This document shows, one piece after another, positions 49,328-62,514 of a DNA stretch of 64,000 nucleotides. The notes below the pieces were generated by a model. That model was not told where the DNA came from. It saw nothing but the letters and a program-made list of their open reading frames with translations, and ran no database searches. The first letter of the stretch is position 1; each line of letters starts with the position of its first letter. The stretch comes from Octopus sinensis (lineage: Eukaryota): the NCBI RefSeq assembly GCF_006345805.1, contig NC_043002.1:65720001-65784000 (forward strand), read 5' to 3'. A program made the position numbers and the translations under genes.

Positions 49328-52300
49328 CTTTCCTTATTGGCCACACAAGGCTGAACACAGAGGGCACAAATGCAAATGTAGGGAAAAATAGGAAACAAAT
49401 GTAAAATTTCAATCAAAAGGGATCGGAAAAAAAGGCGATCAAAAGGGATCGTCTATCACAGAAAGAAATTTCTTTTTTAAAAAAAGTAAGAAACAAACAA
49501 ACAAAAAAAAACGAGATTAGGTTCATCCGTGGAAAGAAAAGCCTACGGAAAAGACCACTTCAGGCTTGGAGGAAATAAACATATGAGAGCAAAGTGCTCT
49601 CTCTCTCTCTCTCTCTCTTTTTCGATTTACAGGTTCATGCTCAAAGGTTTCGTCACTCGCACGCACCATCTTTGCTACATTCACCCACCTTTTTTTGAAA
49701 CTTTCACGAGACAAAACCTGCCTCTTCATTCTCACTTTCCATTCCAAGTGGTACTTGAAAAAGTTGATGAGCGATTGGCCAGTGAGGTGCTTGTCTCTAA
49801 TCCTTTCGCTCGAATCCACCACACACATTTTTTCACCATGGCCACCAGTAAGATGAATTCCCGGTTGAAGGAAGGTAGCGGAGCAATAGGTACGAGAGAC
49901 TCGGCCGACAGGCAGACTCATCCCACACGTGACAGCAGTCGTTTGGCATAAGCCACAGGTTCGAAATGGTTGGACACTGCACGAGTTCATGCAGAAAGGT
50001 TTCGTCGCTCTGACCGCCTCTCGGGCAAATCGGTCCAGTGTGTCTCGAACCGTGCCTGTAGAGCTTATTCCGAATAGGTAATGCTTCTCGATAGCACTGC
50101 CAGGCCAGGGATCTTTGGTGATTGTCCACAGGTCCCGGCTCGAAAGTTGTCCTGAACAGGCGGGTCAGGTTTTTTCTCGTCGACGCCCAGATTCTGCCCG
50201 AGAACGTCGTCGCACCTCCACTCCACTAATCCTCTATAGAACACCTTTCTTGTAATGAAGTCGCACAAGTTTGGTCCCGGACGGCAGAGTTGCTTGAGAG
50301 CAACGCGACACTCGCATTGCCATTCGCCTAACCTCAGGCTCTGTTTGATCCACGACTGCAGTTCGGCTTAGGAGACGAGCTGCGGGAAAGCGCGCCGCAC
50401 AAACAGTGACCATACCTGTTCACCGTCGTCTATGAAGCGCCGGAGATGTCGCAGTCTCAGCGCATGTCTGCGTATCATCAACCACGGCATGCATATCCCT
50501 CCATTTAGCGGGTGTTGACAGCAAATGGATCGCCTAACCATCGGAACGCTTACCTTCCACAAGAAGCGAAAGAGTATGCGTTCCAGGCTGGTGATGGTAG
50601 GGTCGGGACAAGGCACGACGGTCAGACGGTACTCGATGACGGATGCGATGTACGCGTTCACACCTCCGCCCGATATTTTAGGGATAGCTTCCTCTCGGCC
50701 CATTTCTGAGTGAGTAGCCACCCTAGTCGTTATTTAGCCCCAGTTCTTCTCCATTTGGAGGTCCGGACCGAACCAGACTCTGAGCAATTTAACCGGTCCG
50801 TCGGTCCAGCGTCCCACGGCGGAGACGCTGTTGGACGGCATGGGATGCTTCTCCAGGTGCCGAGCCGCAAGCCCACTGACTTTTCCCGGTTTATTTTTGC
50901 TCCCGTTACCGCTTCGTATTCTTTTAGTGTTTCGTCGACTAGGTCGATGTGCTTGTGGCTCGACATTATGTCGGTGACGTCATCCGCATATGCAGACACG
51001 CTCCTCCCGCATCCCACTTCTCGTTGGATGATCCTCGAACGCATGATGTTAAATGGTCTGGATAGATGACCATTTACGCGAACTACCGTGCGGATGCCAC
51101 TGTATAAGGCAGTGATCCAACCGCGGAAGATGGGACCGAAACCAGCCGCTCTAAGGACAGCCTCCAAGTGGGATTGGTCTACCCTATCGAAAGTTTTTAA
51201 TTGATCCAAATTGATCAGCGCCCCACCCATGCCAGATTCCTTAACTACCCTATCTATGATGTAGTGCATCAGATGGAGGTTGTCATGGATACTCCTAACC
51301 GGCACGGCGTACGTTTGCGCCTGGTCGACTAGTTTCTCAATGACAAGCGCCAACCTCTCGGTTAACACCTTGGCCAAAATTTTCAAATCTGTGTTAAGCA
51401 GAGTGATGGGCTTGAAGTTATCTATGAAGTCCCCCTTGTTTGTATCTTTCTTTAGCAGTGCCACTGCTCCTCGCTTTACAAAGATGGGGATACTCCCGTT
51501 TTGCTGCCAGTTGCAGTAGACAGCTGACAAGACGCCTCCAAACAAGTCTGGCTTATGACAATAAAGTTCGTAGGGCAGACTGTCCAAGCCTGGTGACTTG
51601 TCTCTCGCGTAGCCTGCCATCGTATCCCGTACGTTCACGGCTGTGATGGGTCTTTCATAACACTCCGCCTCTCTTGCTGAGAGTCGTGGCAGGCAATGCA
51701 GGTAGCTACTAAAGTCCACTCTGCGTTCTGACCCACCAGTTGTCCCAAATATTCGGACAACGTGTGGTTGAAAGGCCTCACACAGCCTTTCAGGCTCGAG
51801 TAATTCGCGCCCCTGTTCATCTGTAAGTAACCTATGGTGGCTCTGTTGCCTCGTTGTGCCTCCGCCACTCGGGCCTCTCGGGCCTCTCGGGCAGCTCCAA
51901 CTCCTTCGTTCCTCAGAACACGCTTCCTAGCTCTGACGACACATCCTTGTGTTTGGGTTGAAGTGTTGGCCGAGGGCCAACCTCGTTGCAGGTACGTTGG
52001 ACGCGATGCCGGTTCTAAGTGCCTCTTCTAATTTCTTAACTAGATCACCCTCTATTCTATTTCGGTCTAATGCTAGGGTCGTGCTGTACCTAACCGATTC
52101 TGCTTTAATTGCTTTCTTTAGGGCATACCACCATCTGTTGTTGATGATGGCACTCGTCAAAGCTCTCTTAACTAATGTGCTAATTCGGTCCCTGTAAGCC
52201 TAGCGTGCCGTGAACGACGCGTTCAGCTTCCAGTAACAGGGAACCTTCCTATGTGTGTTATCTAAGTCAAGTGTACAAGTTACAAATTTGTGGTCTGTGT

Positions 52301-52502
52301 AGCTGACTATATGGAATTGTGGACAACTTACACTATCCTTATCTACTGTCCTACAGAATACTCTATCTAAGTACGATCTGGACGACCCGATGCAGTTGCT
52401 CCATGTCCACACTAGCACATTTGTGTGGTCCAGTCGGTACCTGTCAGACAGTTGGAAACGTCTGATCAGGACTTTGAGGCATTTGCATCTCCTCCTATTA
52501 CT
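49327..52502 (-). mobile_element. Tx1/L1-clade non-LTR retrotransposon, 5'-truncated, inactive
   Basis: APE C-terminus (SRSYLDRVF, YTDHKFV, YWKLNAS); RT in ORF 50730-51719 (KSPGLDSLPYELY, NFKPITLLNTDLKILAKVL, DQLKTFDRVD, YADDVT; the QG motif is deleted); C-terminal CCHC-like LAWQCYREALP...CPR...ETFLHELVQC; T-rich 3' UTR ending AATAAGGAAAGT(TATC)n. Confidence 0.93.
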
Positions 52503-52534
<32 letters not shown>

Positions 52535-52599
52535 GTACATACATACATACATACATACATACATACATACATACATACATACATACATACATACATACA

Positions 52600-52628
<29 letters not shown>
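52503..52628. repeat. Compound (GATA)n(CATA)n microsatellite
   Basis: Direct; abuts the truncated 5' end of the Tx1-like LINE. Confidence 0.97.
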
Positions 52629-52630
<2 letters not shown>

Positions 52631-53655
52631 GAACATTTTTCAAGAGGATTCAAACCTATTTGTCTTCTAGCAGTCCTAATATGCAATACATGATGCATGC
52701 ATAGACTTTTATTTTATTTTATTTTTAATTTCTGTATCAGAGAAACCACTCTACGGCCGTTTTGGTCATACATTATCTTTTCAAATTTGGTTTCACATTT
52801 GATAAAGCCAGACATGAGCAAACGGTATCTACGGTAACAAAGAACTCAATTAGCAACATGTCGCTAATTATCAAAACGATAGATTGACTTGCATATATAT
52901 ATATATATACATTTGCAAATCGATGTATATATATATATATAATCGACTAAAATGATACTGAAGAGCAACATATTTTTTTCAGAAAACCGTAAATTTCACA
53001 TGTAGTTCATAATTTTTGCTCAACAGCTGTGGCCATAAGGTAAACACCACCAAATGTATATTTACATGATTGTGATATATGATTATCTTAAATTAAGTCA
53101 AATTAATTTAAGAATAGTGTTTACCAAAATCAACAGGAATGTTAATCAGAAAACCGTTATTGGTTTGAATATATCGAGGTAGTATTTAAACCGGTAAATT
53201 TCTTATTAGGATAGCATAACGTTCCTGATTATTGCCTAAATGCTGTTTTAAGCTAATTTGACTTAGATATATATTTGGCTGTGTTTACCTTAATGAAACA
53301 ACTGTTGAGTTCAACTAAAATATGAACTACACGTGAAATTTATGCATTCCGCTTTTATAGTGAATAAAAAGTTATTTAAAATTAGAATTTAGATAACTAA
53401 TAGCGTTAGTGACAATATATATAATAAATTCTTGTTTTCATTAGCTGCAAAGTAATCTATTAATTCATTGCAATCTTTATCTCGCTTCTGAAATTGTTTG
53501 TGTTTCAAAATTTGTAACGATAAACGGTACTCTGCGCCTTGGATGTAGGCGTCGATTAAAAAGTGCTGAAAAAATGCTTTTTCTGACTTGTAAATGTCCG
53601 TGAAACCACCTTTTAGTCAAGACCTTACTTGGAAGTAGGTCTCTTCAAAACTTAC

Positions 53656-53711
53656 CATATTTCAAGCACTGGTTTGTCATTCTTCAGCAGGCTGTTCTCC
53701 TTACTCGCCAT
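53656..53711 (-). CDS. Candidate short first coding exon (MASKENSLLKNDKPVLEI...)
   Basis: ATGG start, 18 open codons plus 2 nt, perfect TG|GTAAGT donor, in non-repetitive DNA. No homology recognised and no partner exon found. Confidence 0.3.
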
Positions 53712-54093
53712 TAGGAAATAACAAAGAAAATAAGTAACGCGTAGAGTCAAGATTAAATATGAAATCTTTATTTATGATGTATTTCTTCGATATATTATAT
53801 CTGTTTTCTGGGGGGACTCCGAGGGGCTACTTTATGCCGATTTACCACATCACCGATTTCATCACTTGTAAATACGTTCTACTGCTTGATGTCGGGGCCT
53901 CGTCTAAAATACATTTCATATTTTCAAGGAACTCTATTTTCTGTGAACGCAAATGCTTCAGCTTTCAACTCTTTCCAACGTACATCATTTTTATGTTGCT
54001 CAGTGTATTGGTTGAGAAAAGTCATAACTTTTTTGTACCTTGTCAAAAGTAAAAATAAAATATGTTTGCAAAAAGACGCTAAAAGTGGAAGTA

Positions 54094-55342
54094 TTGGGTT
54101 GTCCGGAAAGTTCGTACCGATTTATAGTAACTTACCTTTCGAATTATTTTAGAACATGGTTGAGTCCATAAAATAGGATTTGACTACACTTCCATTTAGA
54201 GCACAGTTTAAGCTAGCTTTTCGTGGAAGAAGGTTTATGTTCATATAACCTGTGTTAATTCTGTAACCCTTTAAAATGGAAGATAAGAAAGTTCATTTTC
54301 GGCACTTAATGCTTTTCTTTTTCCGTAAAGGGAAAAATGCCTCATAAGCAATCAAAGAAATATGCACAGTTTACGGTGATGTTTCTTTATCCGAAAGAAC
54401 TGTACGGAAGTGGTTCGCAAGGTTCCGAGCTGGAGATTGTAGACTTATTGATAAAGAGCGATCAGGCAGACCATCCACAACAGATGATTACAAAATCAAG
54501 TCATTAATTGAGTATAACCCACATTACACAACCCGAGAATTGGCAGAAAGCCTCAACCTATCAAAATCCGTCGTTCATGAGCACCTGGTAAATCTTGGGT
54601 ACACAAATCGCTACGATGTTTGGGTACCATATGAGTTGAGTGAGAAGAACCTTTTGGATCGCATTTCCGTCTGTGATTCGCTTTATAAACTGAATGAAAA
54701 TTTTGACAGGTGATGAGAAATGGATTATCAACCGAAATGTTCAGAGAAAGCGATCCTGGAGTAAGCGACATGAGCCACACTTAGCCTCCCAAGAGCGGGT
54801 CTTCACCCTAAAAAAGACTTGCTTTGTGTCTGTTGGGATTGGAAAGGAATTCTGTACTATGAGCTTCTCCCAAGTAACCAGACAGTTCTGAGAAATACTG
54901 CACACAACTGAACGAGTTTAAAGCAGCAATTCAAGAGAAACGTCCAGAATTGTCCAACAGGAAGGGTGTTGCTTTCCAAGATGATAATGCAAGACCGCAC
55001 GTTTCTTTGGGAACCAGACAAAATTTGCTGCAGCTCGGTTGGGATGTGTTACCCCACCCGCCATATTCACCAGATATTGCTCCTTCGGATTTCCACTTAT
55101 TCAGGTCTCTGCAGAATAGTCTTAATGGTAAAAATTTCAATTCCTTGGATGACGTAAAAAGATACCTTGATGAATTCTTTGCCATGAAACCACCTCAATT
55201 CTGGAAAGAGGGTAGTTTCATGTTAAAGGAAAGAGGGAGACGCAAAATGGTTCATATTTGGCTGATTAAAAATGTAATGACAAGTATTCATTGACCTTTT
55301 TCTTTCCTTTAAAAATCGGCACGAACTTTCAGGACAACCCAA
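54094..55342 (+). mobile_element. Mariner transposon, full length (1249 bp), mellifera-like, inactive
   Basis: TIRs TTGGGTTGTCCGGAAAGTTCG with TA on both sides. ATG at 54276: MEDKKVHFRHLMLFFFRKGKNAS*, WVPYEL, ILTGDEKW, QDDNARPH, HPPYSPDIAPSDFHLF; one early stop plus frameshifts. Confidence 0.96.
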
Positions 55343-55802
55343 TATTTTCGCAGAAAAGATTAAATGAAAAGACTAAAGTATTCAAGAATGATAATGAAGT
55401 AAATATTGGACAGTAGATATTATAAAGCATCCAGTTTGATAAAACATTTTGAATCGCTGTGGAAGAATTAAACAAGACATTAATATTCATCACAAACAAT
55501 TAGACTCTTATGTATTCGAGTCTATGTGACTTTGTGTCTGTTCTGATAATGGATTTTAGCGGTTAATTAATGAGGAATGTTATGGTTGTTTATCTTTTAT
55601 ATTAGAAATATATAAATAAACTTACACTTCTCATCCATGAAATTTATTTTCACCTTTTTTCACATTTTTCCCCTTAATTTCACATTTCGTAAAAAATAAT
55701 TTTTTTTTTTTCAATCTCTCAAAGAGAATCATACAAACACACACATTTAGAAGCAGAATAATATGAATACTAGATTCGTTATTTATTTGTAATAAGTATT
55801 AA

Positions 55803-56682
55803 TTAGGTTGTCTCACGTGAAATGTCGTATTTTAAATGGGTTTCTTATGAGTCATCTATAAATGGATTTTTAATGAGTTTTTATGTATATCTTGTATTTA
55901 CTCTTAACACTTTTTCTTTCTAGAGAATACTGTTATTCAATATTGCTACCTACAGCTCTTATGACAATGTTGACAACTGAACAATACCGAGTGATTTTCT
56001 TGTACGAATACAAGTTGTGTCACTCTGCCACCGAAGCTCTACGAAACATCGAGTGAGCTTTTGGTAACGATTCTGTTGACATTAGAACTGTTCAGAGATG
56101 ATTCCAAAAATTTATTTCAGGAAATGAAAGCCTTAAAAATGAACCAAGAGGGAGACCAAAATCAATGTCAACAAAGGTGATTATTCCTTATTCATTTTTG
56201 TAACAAGGAAACATTGTAACAGCAACATCCTATTGTCAGGAAATTGATTGTATGCAGGAAAAATTAAAAAAGAAGCATACCAGATTAGTGAATAGAGATG
56301 GTCCAGTTTTGCTCGATGATAATGCACGGCCTCACGCTTCTCAAGCTACGGTCCGCAAGTTGCAAAGCCTGAATTAGGAAATTTTGGTACATCCTCCTTA
56401 TTCTCCTGATATCTCTCCTACTGATAATCAAATATTTAAACACTTCGAGCTTGCTATACACAATGAAACAGTCTTAAATAAAGAAGAGGTATTTGAAGCA
56501 TTCGAACAGTTTATCAGTGTAACAGATGACAAATTCTTTGAAGATGGAATATATTATTAGAGGAACGTTGGATGAAGGTCATAAATGAACAAGGATCATA
56601 CTTTGGTTAATTAATATTCTAAAACTTAAGCAATTTTAATATTTCCTTTTTTAAATGCAACAGTTCATGTGAGACAACCCAA
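55803..56682 (+). mobile_element. Mariner, internally deleted (cecropia/Hsmar1-like)
   Basis: TIRs TTAGGTTGTCTCACGTGAAATG and the inverse at 56661-56682. FLYEYKLCHSATEALRNI...EPRGRP is joined to VLLDDNARPH and HPPYSPDISPTD; the central part is missing. Confidence 0.9.
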
Positions 56683-56949
56683 TATATATATATATGTATA
56701 CATATTATTAAATTCATTTACCCTTTATTTAAAAATAAAAAACTTTCAATTTTCGATCAGTCTTCTTTTACATCAGAAAAACGTCTTTCACGTCGTGCCC
56801 TACAGAATAACTTGTCCATTTTGCAAAGGATATGGGGTTCACATTTGATTCCAGTTCATGTGTAACATCCGAACATATTCAATCAGAATAATGTCATAAT
56901 AATATTATGAATAACAATGGCAGTAGTACAAATATAATTTGTACTACAT

Positions 56950-58079
56950 TCAGAGTACAAAAACGCGCGAGGAAACTCGCCGCGAACAGAAAAGGTCTTT
57001 GAATGCCGAACGATATGTCTTCGTAGCAGCATAAACAATGAAATTTATGCAGTAGTTCAACTTTACCAGAAAGTTGCCGAACCTAGAGAGTACTTCCGTC
57101 GGAAGTATATCACGGCAGAACTGTCGCAAATCTTAAAGCAAAATATTGGAGACCATAAAACAATGAACGCACCTAGAAACAAAGACCTTCTTTTGGCCTT
57201 ATATAAGTCTCTTCTTGCCAGCCCATCATCTACACTGTTGTTCCGGTGTATTGTTTTGAGTTGTCGCCAGCTAACGCATATTACTCTAGCATAAAAATAT
57301 ATCGATAAACTAAACTCGAGTAGACAGAATGCCAGCCAGACGTAATCGTATGCTGTAGAGTCCACAAACACCGGATGTTCCTCAAGGTTTTCTTTGATCG
57401 CTTGTAGCTTCACTTCGAGAAGCCAAGAGGCTGTACATAGCGGTATATTCACAAGCCAAGACAGACTTATGCCCACTATAATACTGCGGTTGGTCACGTG
57501 TGCCTCGTAACAAAATGGCCATAACACTGAAAAATATCTTTCAGCTGTTATCAAAAGCAGATTGGACAAAGATATAGAAATTCCAGTACGGAAAAATATT
57601 AGATAAATGACTTCTAAAACCTGCCCCGGAATCACTCGCTTTAACTGTAAGAGGATTATTTCGTAAACTATCAAAAATGTTCCGAAAATCATATCACTGC
57701 AAGCACTGTTGGCCACCAGGGTGTTAGTTCGTGTGTGCAACTGTTTACATTTAAATGTGGCGATTATTAACAACAAATTTCCACCAAAAACGGGTATTAA
57801 CAACACGTAGTAAATAACTATAAGTATTATTCGAAGAGCTTCGTTTTCAGAATTAAATAACAAAGGCATAGTTTTGTTGGAGTATGAATTGAACGTGACC
57901 AAATGCTTTATTGAGAGTGTAGACGGCTGAGTTGATAAGACACTGAGATTTAGCTGGTTTGTATCTTGCAGCCACCACTGTGTTGAATCCATGACCATAT
58001 CCCCTACTTCGCAATCACTAACAGATGAAAACCCCACTGCAGCGAAAATCTGCAGCAGCTGTAATGTAAACGTTGACAT
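56950..58079 (-). CDS. Intronless class A (rhodopsin-like) orphan GPCR; frameshifted as assembled
   Basis: ORF 57063-58079 holds TM1 (GGNLLL), TM2 (NSACSDM), TM3 (TAERYFSVLWP), TM4, TM5 (Y), TM6 (FIVLWSP). TM7 and helix 8 (LVKLNYCINFIVY...KTYRSAFKDLFC) continue in the -1 frame to TGA at 56950-56952. Adding one base at 57133-57134 gives a 376-aa protein. Confidence 0.9.
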
Positions 58080-58686
58080 GTGTTTTGTATCACCGTTTTA
58101 AGTCGCAGTCCTCTTGTTGAACTCGATAAAGTAACAGGAAGCAACTCCACTTATCTCTTCCGTTGAATCAAAAACCGAAAATTTCGTTTTTGGTGACGTT
58201 CTAAAACACTGTACTCGATTACTGCACCCGTATAAAAATTATAAAGAAGGGCATGTGAACAAAAGAATAGTTTCTTATTTATGCAGATATTTTTTCAACT
58301 TTATAGTGGAGAAATATGATGCTTTATAACATTCAACGAAACAGCATTATCTTTGTAGAGGAAGGGAATTTGTGTCACCCGAGTAACGAAACCGGCTAAC
58401 AGTCTCGGCTCTCCAAAAAGTAACTTTGTGATTTCCAGGAACACACTTTCTCTTTTTTCTGTGTATATATTTGTATAGTTAAGGGGGTTTAAGAATTTAT
58501 GGTATTCGTGCACCTTACTTATGAGAGGCAAGGACATTATTTTCTAGACGGAATCGAAACATGCCTTACAGATTCAGCTCCCTGAGTCAAAGGACTGCTT
58601 TTTGCTCTGCTTTGAAGAGTTCTCCATCACGTTATTTTGAGCATAAAAACGATGCTGTAGAACCCAGAAATTAAAAGCAGAAATAG

Positions 58687-58744
<58 letters not shown>

Positions 58745-60826
58745 TGTGTGTGTGTGTGTACTAAGATATGACCAAAAATAGAAAAACGTTTCGGACGTGG
58801 TCCTGCAATGAAATTGAATTATAGTTACTCTATGATAGTGGGATATCGAAGAAGCATCTGATGTGGTCAGCGATTCGTGTCGTTTTACTGCTTCGAGTAT
58901 GTGTGTACATGTATAAACGGGTGTATAAGTGTATTTGTGAATTTGGCGTCTATGTATGTGTCAGTATATACGTGTATGCATACGAATACGTTTGTTTATT
59001 TGAAAGCGTGTAGTGGCATGCAGTTTCAAACAGTTAAATAATACAAGTTGCGGATGACTGAACCGCTATAATAACACAATGGATATAACACAATGGACAA
59101 GAAGCCAAGAGGTTAGCACTGCGTATTTTGACACCAACAGATCGTTGTATCCGTAGACAAATCTTAAAAATTCTGAACGGCACAGTTCACTTTGATATTG
59201 GCTGCACGCTTTGAGGAGAGGTAGCATTAAAATACATGGGCGGCTTTTTTAAGTAAAACTACAGAACTGAGATCAAATCATTCTGCTGACTCACATGACT
59301 TTCCGCTGGTCAATTATTCTCCGCTTTGATCATTACACGAAACCAATCTCTTGGTGCACATTCTATCGACAAAATGCTGACATAAGCTGGACACATATTG
59401 TCGTTATATTCCTGTTGTTGTTACTGTTATTGTTGTCGCTGCTGTTATTATTTTAACCAGTGTAATTTCTCCTTCCTTCGGTATTATTGTTGTTGTTGCA
59501 ATTGTTGTTCTTGCTGTAGTTGCACATAACCATAGTAATTTCTTCCCCTTTGTCCGATATTCCTATTAATGTTGTTGTTGTCGTTGTTGTTTGTGATGGT
59601 ATGCTCTTCTATCATTATCACTGCTGCTAATGTTTCTGTTATAATTTGCATAACACCACCAGCTGTTGCAACACTACTCCATTGTTAATATTACCGCTTT
59701 TACTGCTGCTGCTGCTACTGCTCCTGCTACTACTGTTGCTGTTGCTCTGGTTATAGTTTCTATAATGAACAAGGCCACAGTTAACATTACTGTTGTTATA
59801 CTTCCTGCTGCTACTGCTGTTGTTGTTGTTGTTGTTGTTGCACTTGACTGCAGAAGATGCTTTTGTTGTTGTTGTTGTGGTGGTGGTGGTGGTGATTACT
59901 GCTGCTGCTGTTGTTGTTGTTATCGATGTTGCTCTTTGATTATAATTTCTATAATGAACGAGGCCACAATTAACGTTTCTGTTATACTATCCCCGATAAC
60001 TGATTTCGCTGCAGATGTTGCTGTTTCCGTTACTGTTATGTTTATTAATACGTTTATGGAGGCGGGTGACTCAGTGGTTTTGGATGTTTCACTTATGATC
60101 GTGGAGTTGTAGTTTCGATTCCTAGACCAGGGAATGCGTTACGTTCTCGAACAAAAACACATCATTTCACGTTGCTTCAGTCCAAAGTGATGCTGCAATG
60201 GCCCAGCATCCCATCCAGGAGCGAATATATATATACTGCAGAAACCAGGAAACAGGCCTTATGAGTCTATACGACTCGGGAAGAAGTAAATTTTGTTGAT
60301 TTTTTTTCTTTTGTCCCTTTTTATTTTGGTTACATTTCACTTATTCTTACAGTAATCTATCCGTTGTTGACAGGTGATGCTGGATCACTTAGGAACCCAA
60401 AATATATTATTCAGGTGGCGAGATATCGCTGAAGTCACCGATGAAGTTTAATGATTCTAAGGTGACGGGATCAAATTCTGTTGCAGCAAGAATAAATGAA
60501 GTGTGAGCGGGGTGGGGTGGGGTGTGGTGTGGTAATGAAGATAAATGATAGGTAAAACTTACTAAAGAAGATTATTGATTATTATTATGTTAATGCGCGC
60601 AAGCATGTGTGTGTGTGTGTGTAATATTGTTTGATTTTTCTGCCTGAATTTCTAATAGAAGACATCTTAGATTTTTTGAAGACATGTGCAAATTAGTAAA
60701 TGAAACACGTGTAATGATTGATAAATAATGCCAAACAATTTTCCAATCTCTCGTTTTGATATGTGTGTGTAAGAATTTTTTGCGTAATAAGATAAAAAAA
60801 AACCAAGGCTGTGTAGATATTAGAGC

Positions 60827-60983
<157 letters not shown>

Positions 60984-62050
60984 TCGTTCTTTAATTGGTT
61001 TTTATCCGCTTCGATTTCTGGCCATACTGAAGCATTGAGAAAGATGAAAAAATAAACATAATGAAAGTATGAAGTAAATTAATAACTATTGGTTAAATTA
61101 ATAATGTTTGGTGAAACAAACGAAACAATTCTTCATGGGATGCGTATAACAAAAAATTTGTGTAGTTTTTTTTAGCACCCCCACCAACTTCATTATATTA
61201 AGTCGATATCTTTCTAATTCTTCCGATGAATTTGTTAAATATTTAATGATTTAATAGTCATGTCTTTTTTATTATTATATTTTTTTTATTTCGTCGTCCT
61301 TTTATTTCGTTTCAGTTTACAGTTCCCATTTTTATATTTTGTATATTTTTCCCGCTGACGTTAGGCGAAATAGCAAATATTTCTAAATTTTTTAGACATT
61401 TTCTTTTTTTATTTTTCGTGTTTTTTCTTCTTCTTCTTCCTGTTGTAACACATAAATAAATAGAGAAATAATTAGATAAATAGACATATATAAATAGAAG
61501 CGACAAATCAATAGAAAGGTAAATAAATGAAGTAGCAAATTAATTAATGTGTTTGTTATTAGTTATTTATTTAAGTAAGTAGCTAATTAAAGATTTCTTA
61601 TATTAACACAAAGCCAGGAATCTTGAGCGCGCGTGAGTGGTGGGGAAGCGATGTATTCGATTTAATTAATGCCAGTTCTTCATGGGAGTTTATTTTATCG
61701 ACCCTTGGAAGGGGGAATGGTGAAGTCAATACTAGCAGGGGGGAGGTGAGGTCGTTTCAGTATGCAGGAGGCAGAGACTAGTTATGCTGATATAGAATTC
61801 TGTCCAGCCTACCTTCCCTTCTGTGGGCCCAGTTTTTCAGAAAGCAGGGATGCAAAAAAAGATTAGAGATAAAGACAGACCAAGCGGGATTTGAACACTG
61901 AACAGAAAAGAGATATAATAAATACTCAGAGGTAATTTTGTCTGCAACTCTATTAATTATACAGGATGTATATAAATTACCTTTACAATTTCAGAAACAA
62001 TTCAGAATAAATGAATTTTCAAAAACAATTTCAGAAAAAAAAATGAAAAC

Positions 62051-62150
62051 TCAGCAGAGTTTATTGGCAAAAATGGAAAATAAGGAAAGCTCAGCAGAGT
62101 TTATTGGCAAAAATGGAAAATAAGGAAAGCTCAGCAGAGTTTATTGACAA
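62051..62150. repeat. 40-bp tandem repeat, ~2.5 copies
   Basis: CTCAGCAGAGTTTATTGGCAAAAATGGAAAATAAGGAAAG repeated. Confidence 0.95.
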
Positions 62151-62514
62151 ATAAGGCTTTGCAAGAAACATAAGAACTCTTCTACGTAGGCTCACTTGGT
62201 TGTACGCAACACGTCCAGATGATACGATATAACTCGTGAAAGTTGTAAAGATAATTTATGAACAGTGTATTATTGTTCTGTAATGACTTTTTAGACAGGC
62301 ATAAAGTCAAAAATTTAGTGGGGATGATTAATCAAAGAGTTTGACAGACATTCACATTATCGACACTGACTACATGAAAGGCAGAGTTATTCGTGGTATG
62401 ATTGAACTCAGAATTTAAATAGACAAAATAAAATACCACAAGTTATTTTGTCTGCAGATCTACAGATTTACTGGTCCATTGATGTTAAAACAACCAAAAA
62501 CTACCATCGAATTA

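Noticed and set aside
57125-57145. Programmed -1 ribosomal frameshift in the GPCR
   Set aside because: There is no X XXY YYZ slippery heptamer or obvious downstream structure; a single-base deletion or sequencing error is simpler.
58570-58654. Upstream 5' UTR exon of the GPCR (CAG acceptor, GTAAGG donor, minus strand)
   Set aside because: Plausible splice signals, but nothing else supports it without transcript data.
59400-60112. 148-aa Ala/Val/Cys/Gly-rich ORF and similar sequence at 3743-3925
   Set aside because: Cryptic (GTT/GCT/GGT)n simple sequence with a non-ATG start, no domain and no splice support.
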